From contig JBKECN010000019.1 in the NCBI GenBank assembly GCA_047974565.1, positions 117,801-181,800 of the forward strand: a stretch of 64,000 bases of DNA, read 5' to 3'. The first letter of the stretch is position 1. The number at the start of each line of letters is the position of its first letter. A model generated the notes under the pieces. That model saw only the letters and a program-made list of their open reading frames with translations, was not told the origin of the DNA and did no database searches. The translations under genes and the position numbers were made by a program. This document shows, piece by piece, positions 18,506 to 29,154 of this stretch. Origin of the DNA: Actinomycetales bacterium. Lineage in GTDB: Bacteria > Actinomycetota > Actinomycetes > Actinomycetales > CAWJMD01.

Positions 18506-20850
18506 GGATCCTCATCGTGAGCCACTATGTGGCACCGCATCTGGGCGGGATCGAGATGGTCGTCGCACAGCAGGCGGCCAGCCTGGTGGCACGTGGACAT
18601 CAGGTCTGTGTGGTCAGTACCCGGGTCCCCCGGGACGCCCCAGCCCACGAGACGACCGACGCCGGCTACCGGATCGTCCGGCTCCCCGCCACGAACGTCG
18701 TCGAGGATCGCACCGGGGTCAGCTTCCCGATCCCCTCCCCGGCGTCCGCCCGCACCGTGGCCCGGTTGGTCGGCGAGCATGACGTCGTGCACGTGCACGA
18801 CGTCTTCTATCTCACCTCGCAGTGGGCGGTGGCGGCCTGCCTGCGATACCGCAAGCCCTACTACGTCACTCAGCATGTGGCGCTGGTGGCACACCCCCAT
18901 CCCGCGGTGATGGCGGCACAGCGGGCGGTCTACGCCCTGGGCGGCTCAGCCATCCTTCGCCGGGCGCGGCGCGTGGTCTGCTACAACCGCACCGTCGCTG
19001 CCTTCCTGCGGTCCGTCGGCGTGGACGAGACTCGGATTCTCCTCACCGACAACGGTATTGATCTGTCGAGGTTCCACCCCGCCGACGCCGAGCGGCAGCT
19101 CGAGTTGCGGGAACGTCACGGCTTGGACCCGGACCGGCCGGTGGTGCTCTATGTCGGGCGGATGGTACCCAAGAAGGGCTACGACCTGGTCGCGGCGATC
19201 GCCGACGAGCGGTGGCAGACGGTCATGGTCGGCGATCCCGGGGTGAGCCGAGCCGACACCTCCGACCTGCGCTGGGTGGGAGCCGCCACGCCCCAGCAGG
19301 TTCATCAGTGGTATGCCCTGGCCGACGTGGCCTGCCTACCCGCGGACGGCGAGGTGTTCACCCTGGTCATGCAGGAGGCGATGGCCTGCGGCGTGCCTGT
19401 CGTCGCCGCCGACAATCCCGGGTACCAGGACGATCCGGACCGCGCGGCCGTCCGACTCGTCGAACGCTCCCAGGCTCAGCTGCACGAGGCCGTGCTGAGC
19501 CTGGTGAGCGACGATCCGGAACGAAAGGCGTTGGCCCGGAATGCGCGTGAGGCCGCGGTGCGCCGGTTCAGCTGGGAGGCGAACTACGACAACGAGTACC
19601 GCATCTACGACGAGCTTCAGATCGACGACCAGGGTGGTCCCGAGGTGGATGGCAGTCCTGAGGTGGATGACAGTCCCGAGGTGAATGGCAGTCCGGAGGT
19701 GAAGGGCAGCCCGCTGGTGGCCCAGGTGGTCGCCTTCTACCCGCCGCAACTCGGCGGCATGGAACGGGTGGCCCAGGCCTTGGCCGAGGCCACCAGCGAG
19801 CACGCCGAGGTGGTCGTCCTGACCACCAATCACGGCGCGGGCGGACTGCCGCGGGTGGAACGCCGCGGAGCGCTGACGGTGCGGCGCAGCCGAACCCGCG
19901 TCGTGGCGCACACCCCCCTCTCACCCGGGCTGTTCTGGCGGCTGTTGCGCCTGCCGCGGGGAACGATCGTGCACGTGCACGTGGCGCAGGCGGTCCTGCC
20001 AGAGTCGGTGATGCTCACCAGCCTGCTGCGGCGCACTCCGTACGTGGTGCATTTCCACATGCATATCGACCCGTCCGGGCCGGCCGGATTCTTGTTGGCC
20101 CCTTATCAGCGCCTGGTGATGGGGCCGGTGCTGCGCCGCGCCGCCCGGCTGGTCGCCCTCAATCATGAGCAGGCCGAGTTCCTCCTCACCCGGTACGGCG
20201 TGGATCGGGACCGCGTCCTGGTGATGGCGAACGGCGTCTCTTCGGGAGTGCCACGCCCGCAGACTCCGGCGAGACGCCGGCCGGCCACGCCCTTGGAACT
20301 GCTCTTCGTCGGTCGGCTGGACGCGCAGAAGAACGTCAACAGACTGCTGGACGCCATGGCATTGGTCCGTGAGCCGGTCCGGTTGACCATCGTCGGCGAG
20401 GGTGAGCAGGGTGAGCAATTACGCGCCCGAGCTAGCGACGAGGGTTTGCGGTCAGTGCATTTCACCGGGGCACTGCACGGCCAGGACCTGTGGGGCGCCT
20501 ACGCCCGGGCTGACGCGATGGTGCTGACCTCGGACCGGGAGGGTATGCCGCTGGTGCTCCTGGAGGCGATGGCAGCGGGTCTGCCGATCGTCGCGACGGA
20601 TGTCGACGGCATCCGGTCCACGGTCGGCGACGCCGGGCTGGTGGTGGCTCGCGAGCCGGCGCGGATCGCGGCAGCGATCGATCTGCTCGCCCGCGACAGC
20701 GACGTCTTCGACGATCTGGCAGCCAGGAGTTTCGCCCGCGGTCAAGAGTTCACCTGGCCGGACAAGGTCACCCGGTTACTGGAGATCTACAAGGGGCTGC
20801 GCAGCGGGCACGTCGATTGCGCCGCAACCGATCTGGGGTCTGCCCGCTAG
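18502..20850 (+). CDS. Tandem double GT4 (GT-B) glycosyltransferase
   Basis: PHLGGIE...EVFTLVMQEAMACG and PQLGGME...REGMPLVLLEAMAAG, joined by a PEVxGS-type repeat linker. ATGA overlap. Confidence 0.92.
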   Translation: MRILIVSHYVAPHLGGIEMVVAQQAASLVARGHQVCVVSTRVPRDAPAHETTDAGYRIVRLPATNVVEDRTGVSFPIPSPASARTVARLVGEHDVVHVHDVFYLTSQWAVAACLRYRKPYYVTQHVALVAHPHPAVMAAQRAVYALGGSAILRRARRVVCYNRTVAAFLRSVGVDETRILLTDNGIDLSRFHPADAERQLELRERHGLDPDRPVVLYVGRMVPKKGYDLVAAIADERWQTVMVGDPGVSRADTSDLRWVGAATPQQVHQWYALADVACLPADGEVFTLVMQEAMACGVPVVAADNPGYQDDPDRAAVRLVERSQAQLHEAVLSLVSDDPERKALARNAREAAVRRFSWEANYDNEYRIYDELQIDDQGGPEVDGSPEVDDSPEVNGSPEVKGSPLVAQVVAFYPPQLGGMERVAQALAEATSEHAEVVVLTTNHGAGGLPRVERRGALTVRRSRTRVVAHTPLSPGLFWRLLRLPRGTIVHVHVAQAVLPESVMLTSLLRRTPYVVHFHMHIDPSGPAGFLLAPYQRLVMGPVLRRAARLVALNHEQAEFLLTRYGVDRDRVLVMANGVSSGVPRPQTPARRRPATPLELLFVGRLDAQKNVNRLLDAMALVREPVRLTIVGEGEQGEQLRARASDEGLRSVHFTGALHGQDLWGAYARADAMVLTSDREGMPLVLLEAMAAGLPIVATDVDGIRSTVGDAGLVVAREPARIAAAIDLLARDSDVFDDLAARSFARGQEFTWPDKVTRLLEIYKGLRSGHVDCAATDLGSAR
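19639..19710 (+). repeat. 18-bp tandem repeat encoding the inter-GT4 linker
   Basis: CCCGAGGTGGATGGCAGT-like x4. Confidence 0.9.
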
Positions 20851-20923
20851 CACCTACCCGCTTTTGAGGTGGGCCCGCTCCCGGTGTGAGCCGGGTCCCG
20901 GTGTGCGCCCGTCGCTGAGTGGA

Positions 20924-22717
20924 CTATGGGATCACCAGCAGCGAGGGAGCCGTGGCGTCCCGCCAGGATCCGTCAGCGTCCTGGTAGGCCAGCCAGTACC
21001 GGTAGGTGCCGGGGTCGAGCTGCTGGTAGCCCACGGAGAAGGTGGCCGGCGCCGCCAGGGTCGTGTCCCGAGTCAGCAGCACATCCCGGTTGCGATCCTG
21101 CGCGTCTCGCATGGCCACAATGAGGTGCTGGGCGACAACCGGTTTCGCAGCCGCCACGGTGGCCGTCGCCGAGGTCGCAGTCACCTCGAGCGCTCCCACC
21201 TCGAGCGCGGGAACACGTACCCGAACCCCGGCACTGCCCACGTTGCCGGCGGCGTCCTTGCCCAGCACAGTGATCGCGTTGACCTGGTCGGCGGTCAGCG
21301 CGCCATAGGGAACCGTGATCGCATAGGGCGCCTCGGTGTCCACCGCGATGGTGGTCCCGTTGACAAGAACCCTCATGTTCGCAACGGCCCGGTCGTCGCT
21401 GACCGTGGCAGTCACCCGGATGCCGCCCGGAGCTGGTAGCGCCTCGGGCTCCGGGCTGGTGATCGTCACGGCCGGCGGGGTGGTGTCGGTGCGGCGATTG
21501 AGCGCTGGCGCGTTGACCATTCGCTGAAGCATCGGATACCCCGGCTTGGCACTGCCGTCCTGATGCAGCAGACCGAAGTAGCCCTCGCGCGTGGGGTCGT
21601 CACTGTCGCGCAGCGTGTACCAGAACAGCGGTCCGGTGTTCGCGATGGCGTCCCAGGCGGCCTGGGTCTGGGGCATCAAGGTCGCGGCCGTGTCTTCACT
21701 GAGCGAGTTCTCGCCTCCGGTAGGCGCACCCACCTCGGTGCCCCACAGTTGCTTTGCGCCGTCTCCGTGAGCGTCCATCACCGCGCGAATCCGCTTGGCC
21801 TGGGCCATCTCCCCACTATCTGCGCTGAGCAGGCCGGTGTACGGGTGCGCCGCGATCCCGTCGACAACCCCGCTGGCGCCGGACGCGTAGAACTGCTCGT
21901 ACCACTGGACCGAGTCGATGTCGAAGGACGCCGTGGGCCCGTACCAGGCGGCGCCGCCGGTGCCGCCGCTGAGCACCTTCGCCCGCGGATTACCCGCCTT
22001 GATGGCAGGCGCCGTGGCCAGCACGAGCCGGGCGTAGTCGCCGGGGTTGGGTCCCTGCTCCCAGAAGCTGAGGAGGTTGGGCTCGTTCCAGATCTCCCAG
22101 ACGTCGATCCGTCCCGCATACCGGGCGGCCGCAGCCTGAGCGAAGGAGGCGAACGCGGCTTGCTCCGCCGCGGAGGTCGGTCCGTACCGCCAGGTCGAGC
22201 CGGCCGGCCTGGCCCACGGCGCCATCGTGGTGAGGATTCCCTCGACCTTCAGACCTCGCCCGGTGGCCGCATCTACCACCCGGTCGAGCCTGGCCCAGTC
22301 CGTCGAACCCGGTGCCGACTCCAGTTCACTCCAGGCCACGTCCATTCGCAGCCAGGTCACCCCGGCCCGTTTCACTGCATTGAGGTCCGTGTCGAGTTGG
22401 GCCTCGCTGAGCCACAGCAGTCGGTTGCCGGGGATGGAGATGCCGGTGTCGGCGGCATCCGCGGCCGCCGATCGCGGAATCGGGCCAGCCAATCGGAATC
22501 GGGCCTGGGCGGGCGAGGCCAGGCCGGTGACCAGAACCAGTCCCAGGAGGGCGACCAGCACCCGACGCAGCCGGGCGAACCCGCGCGCCTGAGCGGTGGG
22601 CGCAGAGGTGGACGATCGCCCGGATTGATTACGTGCAGAACGAGATCGCGCAGAGTCAGATCGCGCAGAGTCAGATCGTGCGGTGTGAGATCGTGCGGAG
22701 CGTTGGGGAGTGGACAT
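20924..22717 (-). CDS. Secreted clan GH-A glycoside hydrolase (GH5/GH39-like) with C-terminal Ig-like domain(s)
   Basis: Signal peptide ending SPAQA. WEIWNEPN (acid/base), AAHPY, LWGTEVG (nucleophile) and FGLL motifs. DTTPPAVTITSP...DAAGNVG Big-type domain. Confidence 0.85.
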   Translation of the reverse strand: MSTPQRSARSHTARSDSARSDSARSRSARNQSGRSSTSAPTAQARGFARLRRVLVALLGLVLVTGLASPAQARFRLAGPIPRSAAADAADTGISIPGNRLLWLSEAQLDTDLNAVKRAGVTWLRMDVAWSELESAPGSTDWARLDRVVDAATGRGLKVEGILTTMAPWARPAGSTWRYGPTSAAEQAAFASFAQAAAARYAGRIDVWEIWNEPNLLSFWEQGPNPGDYARLVLATAPAIKAGNPRAKVLSGGTGGAAWYGPTASFDIDSVQWYEQFYASGASGVVDGIAAHPYTGLLSADSGEMAQAKRIRAVMDAHGDGAKQLWGTEVGAPTGGENSLSEDTAATLMPQTQAAWDAIANTGPLFWYTLRDSDDPTREGYFGLLHQDGSAKPGYPMLQRMVNAPALNRRTDTTPPAVTITSPEPEALPAPGGIRVTATVSDDRAVANMRVLVNGTTIAVDTEAPYAITVPYGALTADQVNAITVLGKDAAGNVGSAGVRVRVPALEVGALEVTATSATATVAAAKPVVAQHLIVAMRDAQDRNRDVLLTRDTTLAAPATFSVGYQQLDPGTYRYWLAYQDADGSWRDATAPSLLVIP

Positions 22718-22811
22718 GACGGGTCGTCTCCTGGATGGGGGATACCAGGCAGATCGACCGGCGCCACGTTCGGATGGATAAGCACAACGAATGACAATGA
22801 GTCACATTCAG

Positions 22812-22826
22812 ATGACACAGTGTGAT
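22812..22826. promoter_or_regulatory. BldD-type box upstream of the glycoside hydrolase
   Basis: ATGACACAGTGTGAT fits nTnACnCWGnGTnAn exactly. Flanked by GTCACATTC at 22801 and 22841; the latter copy forms a weaker GTCAC-N5-GTTAC site. Confidence 0.6.
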
Positions 22827-23138
22827 ATTCGGTCGTTTCAGTCACATTCGGTTACGGATGGGGCCGGGCGAGTCGCCACCACCCGCGTCTGCGGTACACC
22901 ACCTCTCCCGCCCGGCCACCGGATGCCAACCACGTCACGGTCCGCCGCTGCAGGCCGATCTCGATCTCGCTGTCGTCTCGACCGGCCCCCACCAGCCGGC
23001 CCACTGCCCAGTACGGTGAGTGAGGCGTCCGGTTCACCCCGCCCGGCAGGACCGCCAGTTCAGTCGAGCCTCACGCCGCCTTCCCGCAGCACGTCCCAGT
23101 CCAGAGCAGCGACCAGATGATCCAGAGCAGGAGACCAG

Positions 23139-23678
23139 ATGACCGCCCAGTTCGGCACCCGACCCGCGTCCAGCCCGCTGCCCGGCACGCCGGCTCCCTT
23201 CTTCCTCGCCAAGGGCGAGGGCGAGCGGGCGCACATCTTCGATTCGCTGGTCACCGTGCTGCTCAGTGCCGACGAGACCGAAGGCCAGTTCGGCGTCTTC
23301 ACCCTGGAAGCCCCTGCGGGGCAAGCGATCCCGACCCACTCCCACGACGCGGACAACGAGATCTTCTTCGTCCTGGACGGGGCGGTGCGGGTGTTCATCC
23401 AGGCCACGGACGGCCAGGTGCACTCCCGGCTGCTGCGGCCCGGAGACTTCGGGTACTGCCCGGCCAAACACCTGCACACCTTCCGGGTGGAGGAGCACGC
23501 CCGGATGCTCGGGGTGAACACCGGTGGCTTCGAACGCTTCTTCGCCGCCGCCGGCACGCCCACCGACTCCCGCGAACTGCCGGAGCCGCCCTACATCCCG
23601 ACCCCGGAGCACCTTCAGGCCGCGGCCGAGCATTTCGGCAACCGCTTCGCCTTCGGCGTCCGGCTCGACGAGAGCTGA
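23139..23678 (+). CDS. Quercetin 2,3-dioxygenase-like monocupin
   Basis: PTHSHDADNEIFFVLDG and P-x-x-x-x-HTF give the 3His-1Glu cupin site. GFERFF motif. RBS GGAG. Confidence 0.8.
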   Translation: MTAQFGTRPASSPLPGTPAPFFLAKGEGERAHIFDSLVTVLLSADETEGQFGVFTLEAPAGQAIPTHSHDADNEIFFVLDGAVRVFIQATDGQVHSRLLRPGDFGYCPAKHLHTFRVEEHARMLGVNTGGFERFFAAAGTPTDSRELPEPPYIPTPEHLQAAAEHFGNRFAFGVRLDES

Positions 23679-23682
23679 GTCC

Positions 23683-24489
23683 GTGCCGACCACGCACACC
23701 TTCGCCGGCCACGACGGCCTGGACCTGCAGCTGGACGTCTACTCCCCCACGGCAGTCGGCCCGCACCCGGGCGTGATCCTCATGCACGGGGGTGGCTGGC
23801 GAGTGGGCAACCGGGGCGAGTTCGGGTCCCTGGCCACCAGCCGTCCGCGCTTCTTCGCCGACCTGGCCGACGCCGGGCTGGTGGCGATCAGCGTCGATTA
23901 CCGGCTCAGCACCCAGGCCACCTGGCCGGCCCAACTCGAGGACGTGCGCCTGGCCGCTCGGTGGGTGGCCGAGCACGCCGGCGCCCTCGGCGTGGACCCG
24001 TCCAGGATCGGGCTGTGGGGTGAGTCCGCGGGTGGTCACCTCGCCTCCATGCTCGCCCTGGCCGGGCAGTTCCCCGGGGAGCCACGGCTGGACGTACGCG
24101 CCGTCGTCGCCTGGTACGCCCCGGCGAACCTGGCCACGATGGGCGCCCAACGCCGCCCCGACGCCCTGGCCAATGCGGACGACGAGGACTCCCGCGAGGC
24201 GCAGTTGCTCGGGCGTGCTGTGCAGGACGACCTCGCGCTCACCTCGGCCGCCAGCCCGGTGCGTCACGTCGGCCCGGAGGCTCCCGCGTTCCTGCTAGTG
24301 CACGGCGACCACGACCGCCTCGTCCCCGTCGGCCAGAGCACCGAACTGGCGGCGGAGCTGACCGGTGCCGGCAACCCGGATGTCACCGTCGAGGTGGTGC
24401 CCGGCGCCGACCACCTGTGGCGTGGCGTGGCAGATCCGGGGGCGATCGTCGATCGGTCCAGGGACTGGTTGCTGGCCAGGCTGAGCTGA
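23683..24489 (+). CDS. Alpha/beta hydrolase (HSL/BD-FAE-type esterase)
   Basis: HGGGW oxyanion motif, GESAGG nucleophile, HGDHDRLV and GADH. Confidence 0.92.
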   Translation: MPTTHTFAGHDGLDLQLDVYSPTAVGPHPGVILMHGGGWRVGNRGEFGSLATSRPRFFADLADAGLVAISVDYRLSTQATWPAQLEDVRLAARWVAEHAGALGVDPSRIGLWGESAGGHLASMLALAGQFPGEPRLDVRAVVAWYAPANLATMGAQRRPDALANADDEDSREAQLLGRAVQDDLALTSAASPVRHVGPEAPAFLLVHGDHDRLVPVGQSTELAAELTGAGNPDVTVEVVPGADHLWRGVADPGAIVDRSRDWLLARLS

Positions 24490-24502
24490 GGATGCGGCTG
24501 CG

Positions 24503-25105
24503 GTGAGAGAGTCGGATTCAGCTGAGCCGGAACCGATGAGCCAGACCGAGCCGCCCCGCGGCCCGGCCGCCGGGGTGACCATGGCGGTCGCCCGGCAGGT
24601 GCATCCTGGCCGCGAGGACGACTTCGCCGAGTGGGCGCGGCGGATGACCGAGGCGGCGGTCGAGGAGACCGAGGGTTTCCTCGGGTGGGGGCTGCTCCGG
24701 CCCGCCGGTCAGGATCGAATCTGGACCATCATCGTGCGATTCACCGACGAGCAGGAACTGGCCCGCTGGGATGCCTCGCCTCGGCGCGCCGCATTACTGG
24801 CCGAGGGCTCAGAGTTCATGTCCGAGGTGGCCACCGGCCGGGTGGACGGCCTGGACGCCTGGTTCGACCCGCCCCCTGAGTTGCCGGCGCCACCTCCGCG
24901 GTGGAAGACCTTCCTCATGACGGCCGTCGTCATTGTCGTGCTACAGACGGCGGTGAGCCTGCTGCTGCGTCCGCTCACCGGGGCGTGGGCTATGTTCCCC
25001 CGCACCGCACTGACCATCGTCGTCGTGGTGGCGCTGATGACCTGGCTGGTGATGCCCGGCCTCTCCCGGGCGTTGCGCGGTTGGTTGTATCGCCGACGGA
25101 CGTAG
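24503..25105 (+). CDS. Antibiotic biosynthesis monooxygenase (ABM)-domain membrane protein
   Basis: V-x-PGREDDF-x-x-W...GFLG...W-x-x-S-x-x-R, then GLDAWF, PPRWK and two transmembrane helices. The start may be ATG 24536. Confidence 0.85.
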   Translation: MRESDSAEPEPMSQTEPPRGPAAGVTMAVARQVHPGREDDFAEWARRMTEAAVEETEGFLGWGLLRPAGQDRIWTIIVRFTDEQELARWDASPRRAALLAEGSEFMSEVATGRVDGLDAWFDPPPELPAPPPRWKTFLMTAVVIVVLQTAVSLLLRPLTGAWAMFPRTALTIVVVVALMTWLVMPGLSRALRGWLYRRRT

Positions 25106-25355
25106 CCGATGTGTGGTCGCTCCGCGACCTACGGCAAGGAGACCAGCGCTACGGACCCCGCCAGACGACGGGATGCGCCCACGCCGCCGGACGACCCTGG
25201 TGCGTCTGGCTGGCAGACATGTGGGACGCCGTGACGAGCGGGGCAGTGACCAGACGGCCACACTGGCCCGCAGACCCGGCGGGGGCGCCGCACGAGACGA
25301 CCTGGGCACTCGGGAGACGGGTTTGCGCAGGTGTACCCGCCGGATGACTTCCCGG

Positions 25356-25943
25356 TCAGCCGGGGTCGCAGTTCGCCGGGACGTAGTCGCCGGCGTGTTC
25401 GAACTCGTCGCAGGTCACCAACCGGTCGTTGTTCGCGCCGGCGAACCCGGCGAGCACGGTGACCGCGAGAATGATCACCACGGAGAGGATCTTGTCCTTG
25501 CGGTTCAGCCGGAAGAAGTCCAGGGCGAGGATGCGAGCGAGCGTGAACAGGATCAGCGGCAGCATCAGCACGAGCAGGATGACCGACACGATGTCCACCG
25601 CCAGCGCGTAGCCACGCAACCAGATCGCTGCCACGACGTAGCCGATGGGCGCCAGCAGGGCCAGCCGGATCCGCCAGTTGGTGACCAGGGTGCGGGGATG
25701 GGTGAGGCTGACCACGAGCACCACCAGCGCTGCGACGGCGATCGCGAAGAAGCGACGGTAGCCGATGACGATCCCGAAGGCGCCGAAGTCCCAGCCGACG
25801 CTCCAGCCGAACAGGCTGCCGCTCAAGGTGACAACCAAGAGCGCCCGGGCCGACGACTCGCGACGCACTCGCGCGGGCGCGGCGTGCCCGCCAGGTTCGG
25901 CCGGCGCCTCGGCCGGTTCGCCTGGGGTGGCTGCAGAGGTCAT
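25356..25943 (-). CDS. Hypothetical membrane protein coupled to fbiC
   Basis: ATGA overlap with the fbiC stop. About 5 transmembrane helices. C-terminal C-x13-C motif ([15 protein letters not shown]). Confidence 0.75.
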   Translation of the reverse strand: MTSAATPGEPAEAPAEPGGHAAPARVRRESSARALLVVTLSGSLFGWSVGWDFGAFGIVIGYRRFFAIAVAALVVLVVSLTHPRTLVTNWRIRLALLAPIGYVVAAIWLRGYALAVDIVSVILLVLMLPLILFTLARILALDFFRLNRKDKILSVVIILAVTVLAGFAGANNDRLVTCDEFEHAGDYVPANCDPG

Positions 25944-28750
25944 CGGCGACCGGGCGCGGCGGCGTCGGTGAGGTCGAGATAGCTGCGCACCGCCCGGGAT
26001 GCGTTGACCCGTTCGGCAGGGACCTGCCCGTACAGGGTTGTGCGCTGACGCCACGGACGCTCGGCGGCCTCGGCGACGGCCTCCAGTTGGTGCGGGGTCA
26101 TCCAGGAACCGTTCTCCGAGCCGGCCATCCGGGAGATCGTCTCCTCCATCAGGGTGCCGCCCAAGTCGTTGCAGCCGCCGCGCAGCATCGCCACCGCGCC
26201 GGGCACTCCCAGCTTGACCCAACTCACCTGGATATTGTCGATGAGACCATGGAGCAGGATGCGGGCGAGGGCGTGCACGGCCCGGTTCTCGTCCTGGGTA
26301 GGGCCCGGCCTGGCCAGGCCGGCCAGGTAGATCGGCGAGGACGAGTGCACGAAGGGCAGTGGCACGAACTCGGTGAATCCTCCTGTCTCCCGTTGAATGT
26401 CGGCGAGGGTTCGCAGATGGGCGACCCAGTGCCGGGGCTCGTCGACGTGGCCGTACATCATCGTCGAGGTGGACGGCAGCCCGATCGAGTGGGCGGTGCT
26501 GACCACCTCACGCCAGGCCGAGGCGGGCAACTTGCCCTTGGTGAGCACCCAGCGCACCTCGTCGTCGAGGATCTCCGCGGCCGTCCCGGGGATCGAGTCG
26601 ACCCCGGCGGCCTTCAACTCGGTGAGGAACTCTCTGACCGAAAGCCCGGTGCGGGCAACGCCATTCATCACCTCCATCGGCGAGAAGGCATGCAGGTGCA
26701 GGCCGGGGGCTCCGGATTTCACCGCCCTGGCCAGGTCGAAGTAGCCGGTGCCGGGCAGGTCCGGATGGATGCCGCCCTGCATGCACACCTCGGTGGCCCC
26801 GGCCTGCCAGGCCTGCTTGGCCCGCATCGAGACTTCCTCCAGGGAGAGAGTGAAAGCATCTGCGTCCGTGCGCCGTTGGGCGAAGGCGCAGAATCGGCAG
26901 CCGACGTAGCAGACGTTGGTGAAGTTGATATTGCGGGTGACGACGTAGCTCACCAGGTCTCCCACCGCGTCCGCGCGGAGCCGGTCGGCGAGCTGGCAGA
27001 CCGCATCCAAGGCGGTTCCCTGGGCGGTCATCAACGTCAGCGCCTGTTGCTCATTCAGCCCGGCCGGGTTCGACTCTGCCGCTCGCAGAGCAGCTTTGAC
27101 CTCCTCGGGAATGGATTCAGGGGACCGGTCGATCGCCGGTGAAGCGGTGGTCTCGGGCGGCTGGGCCGCGGTGCTCTCAGGCTGGGCTGCGGTGCTCTCG
27201 GGCTGCTGGCCCGCGGTGGCGCCCCCACGCCCCACCTGCGCGGCGAGTTCGGCCCAGTCGCCGTAGACGGCGTCGATGTCCGAGCGGGTGGCGGTGCGCC
27301 GGCCTTCGGCGTCGATCCCGGTCTGCAGGTCGACGCGTCCCGAACTCTGCCAGACCGGTTCCGGCTCCTGCCAGGCGATGCCCTGGGCGCGGGCGCCGGA
27401 CCGCAGCAGGCCGTCCTGATCGGCTAGGGCGCGTACGTGCGGCTGCACCCGGGGATCGATCCACGGCTCCTCGGCCAGCACGTAACGGGGGTGTGCGGTG
27501 AGACGGGCGCGCAACTCGAACCCACTGGCGGCGGTCGCCTCGCCCAGCACTGCCAGGTCCGGCCAGGCGCGCTCGGGGTTGACGTGGTCCGGGGTCAGCG
27601 GCGACACCCCACCCCAGTCGTCCACCCCCGCGGCGAGCAGGGCCGGCAGTTCGGCCAGGTCGGTGAGGTTCGGTGGCGCCTGGATGACCATTTTGGGGCC
27701 GAGCACGAGGCGGGCAAGCGCGATGACCGCCCGGTAATAGTCGTGCCCGGCGTCGGGGGTGGCGCGCATCGCCGTGCCGGGCTTGGCGCGGAAGTTCTGC
27801 ACGATGACCTCTTGGACGTGCCCGAACTGGGCGTGCGCGGCGCGGATCGCGAACAGCGTCTCGGCCACGTCGTCGGGCGTCTCACCGATCCCGACGAGCA
27901 GGCCGGTGGTGAACGGGATGGCCAGGCGACCGGCGTCGGTGAGGGTGCGCAGCCGGACGGCCGGGTCCTTGTCGGGCGAACCGTAATGCGGCTGGCCGGG
28001 GACCTCGAACAGCCGCCGGGAGGTGGATTCGAGCATCATGCCCATCGACGGCGCCACCGGCTTGAGCCGGTTGAGCTCGGCCCACGACATGACCCCCGGG
28101 TTGAGGTGAGGCAGCAGGCCGGTCTCCTCGAGGATCAGCACCGCGGTGGCCCGCACGTACTCCAGGGTGGAGGCGTAGCCACGCGATTCCAGCCATTGCG
28201 CGGCCTCGGGCCAGCGGTCCTCGGGACGGTCTCCCAGGGTCAGCAGCGCCTCGGCGCAGCCGAGCTCGGCGCCACGACGGGCGATGGCCAGCACCTCGTC
28301 CGGGGAGAGGAAGAGGTCCTCGCCGGCGCGGCGCAACTGGCCGGGGGTGGCGACGAAGGTGCAGTAGTGGCAGCGGTCGCGGCACAGCCGGGTGAGCGGG
28401 ATGAAGACCTTCGGGGAGTAGGTGACCACCGGGTCGCCGTGGCGGGCGCTGACGCCGGCGTCTCGCACCCGGGCGGCCGCCTGGGTGAGCCGGTCGAGAT
28501 CGTCGCCGCGGGCGAAGGTCAGGGTGGCCACCTCGGCCGCGTCCAGGGTGCCGGCGTTCTCGGCCCGGCGCAGGGCCCGGCGGATCGCGGTGGCGGTCGG
28601 CCGCCACCTGGTGGAGGCGCTCGCTTCTGCGGTGGCGGGTTCGCCGGATCCCCCGTCCGGCGAGGGTCCCGTGCTCGGCGTCGCGACCTCGCGGGAGGCC
28701 GGCTCGCGGCGTGCGGACTCGCGGTGTGTGAACTCGGTGGACTCATGCAC
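25940..28750 (-). CDS. fbiC: Bifunctional FO synthase (CofG-CofH fusion) for F420 biosynthesis
   Basis: Two radical SAM motifs, CRDRCHYC and [24 protein letters not shown] and [17 protein letters not shown] motifs. Confidence 0.96.
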   Translation of the reverse strand: MHESTEFTHRESARREPASREVATPSTGPSPDGGSGEPATAEASASTRWRPTATAIRRALRRAENAGTLDAAEVATLTFARGDDLDRLTQAAARVRDAGVSARHGDPVVTYSPKVFIPLTRLCRDRCHYCTFVATPGQLRRAGEDLFLSPDEVLAIARRGAELGCAEALLTLGDRPEDRWPEAAQWLESRGYASTLEYVRATAVLILEETGLLPHLNPGVMSWAELNRLKPVAPSMGMMLESTSRRLFEVPGQPHYGSPDKDPAVRLRTLTDAGRLAIPFTTGLLVGIGETPDDVAETLFAIRAAHAQFGHVQEVIVQNFRAKPGTAMRATPDAGHDYYRAVIALARLVLGPKMVIQAPPNLTDLAELPALLAAGVDDWGGVSPLTPDHVNPERAWPDLAVLGEATAASGFELRARLTAHPRYVLAEEPWIDPRVQPHVRALADQDGLLRSGARAQGIAWQEPEPVWQSSGRVDLQTGIDAEGRRTATRSDIDAVYGDWAELAAQVGRGGATAGQQPESTAAQPESTAAQPPETTASPAIDRSPESIPEEVKAALRAAESNPAGLNEQQALTLMTAQGTALDAVCQLADRLRADAVGDLVSYVVTRNINFTNVCYVGCRFCAFAQRRTDADAFTLSLEEVSMRAKQAWQAGATEVCMQGGIHPDLPGTGYFDLARAVKSGAPGLHLHAFSPMEVMNGVARTGLSVREFLTELKAAGVDSIPGTAAEILDDEVRWVLTKGKLPASAWREVVSTAHSIGLPSTSTMMYGHVDEPRHWVAHLRTLADIQRETGGFTEFVPLPFVHSSSPIYLAGLARPGPTQDENRAVHALARILLHGLIDNIQVSWVKLGVPGAVAMLRGGCNDLGGTLMEETISRMAGSENGSWMTPHQLEAVAEAAERPWRQRTTLYGQVPAERVNASRAVRSYLDLTDAAAPGRR

Positions 28751-28840
28751 CGTGCCATCGTGGCACCGCACCGGCATTCATGCCGATTCGCCCCGCCCGA
28801 AGGGCCGGGCGACCCGGGTGCCGACCGGCGCATCCCGTCG

Positions 28841-29048
28841 GGGTTCGAGCGGGCTCGGGTGGGGAGATCGGCCGAGCCGGCATGGGCCCGGCCGTCCAAG
28901 TGAGCCGCCGGGTTCGAATCGAGTGGGGCAGGCAGATCGGCTGAGCCTGCATGGGCCCGGCCGTCCAGGTGAGCCGCCCTCCCGGGTTCGAATCGAGTGG
29001 GGCAGCGAGATCGGCCGAGCCGGACCCGGCCGACCAGGCGAGTCGCCC
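28841..29048. repeat. Intergenic tandem repeat, about 70 bp x3
   Basis: GGGTTCGA...AGATCGGCCGAGCCGGCATGGGCCCGGCCGTCCA-x-GTGAGCCGCC repeated with small indels. Confidence 0.85.
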
Positions 29049-29154
29049 TCGGACGAGGGGTATCAGCCGACCCGGGCCGCATCGGTGCCGGGCGCCCGCT
29101 CGGGATACCCGGACCGACCATCGGCTGTCGGTGGGCAATGGCATCCTGTCGGGC

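Noticed and set aside
28841-29048. GGGTTCGAATC resembling a tRNA T-loop, repeated
   Set aside because: There is no complementary T-stem, acceptor stem or cloverleaf. It is part of a ~70-bp tandem repeat.
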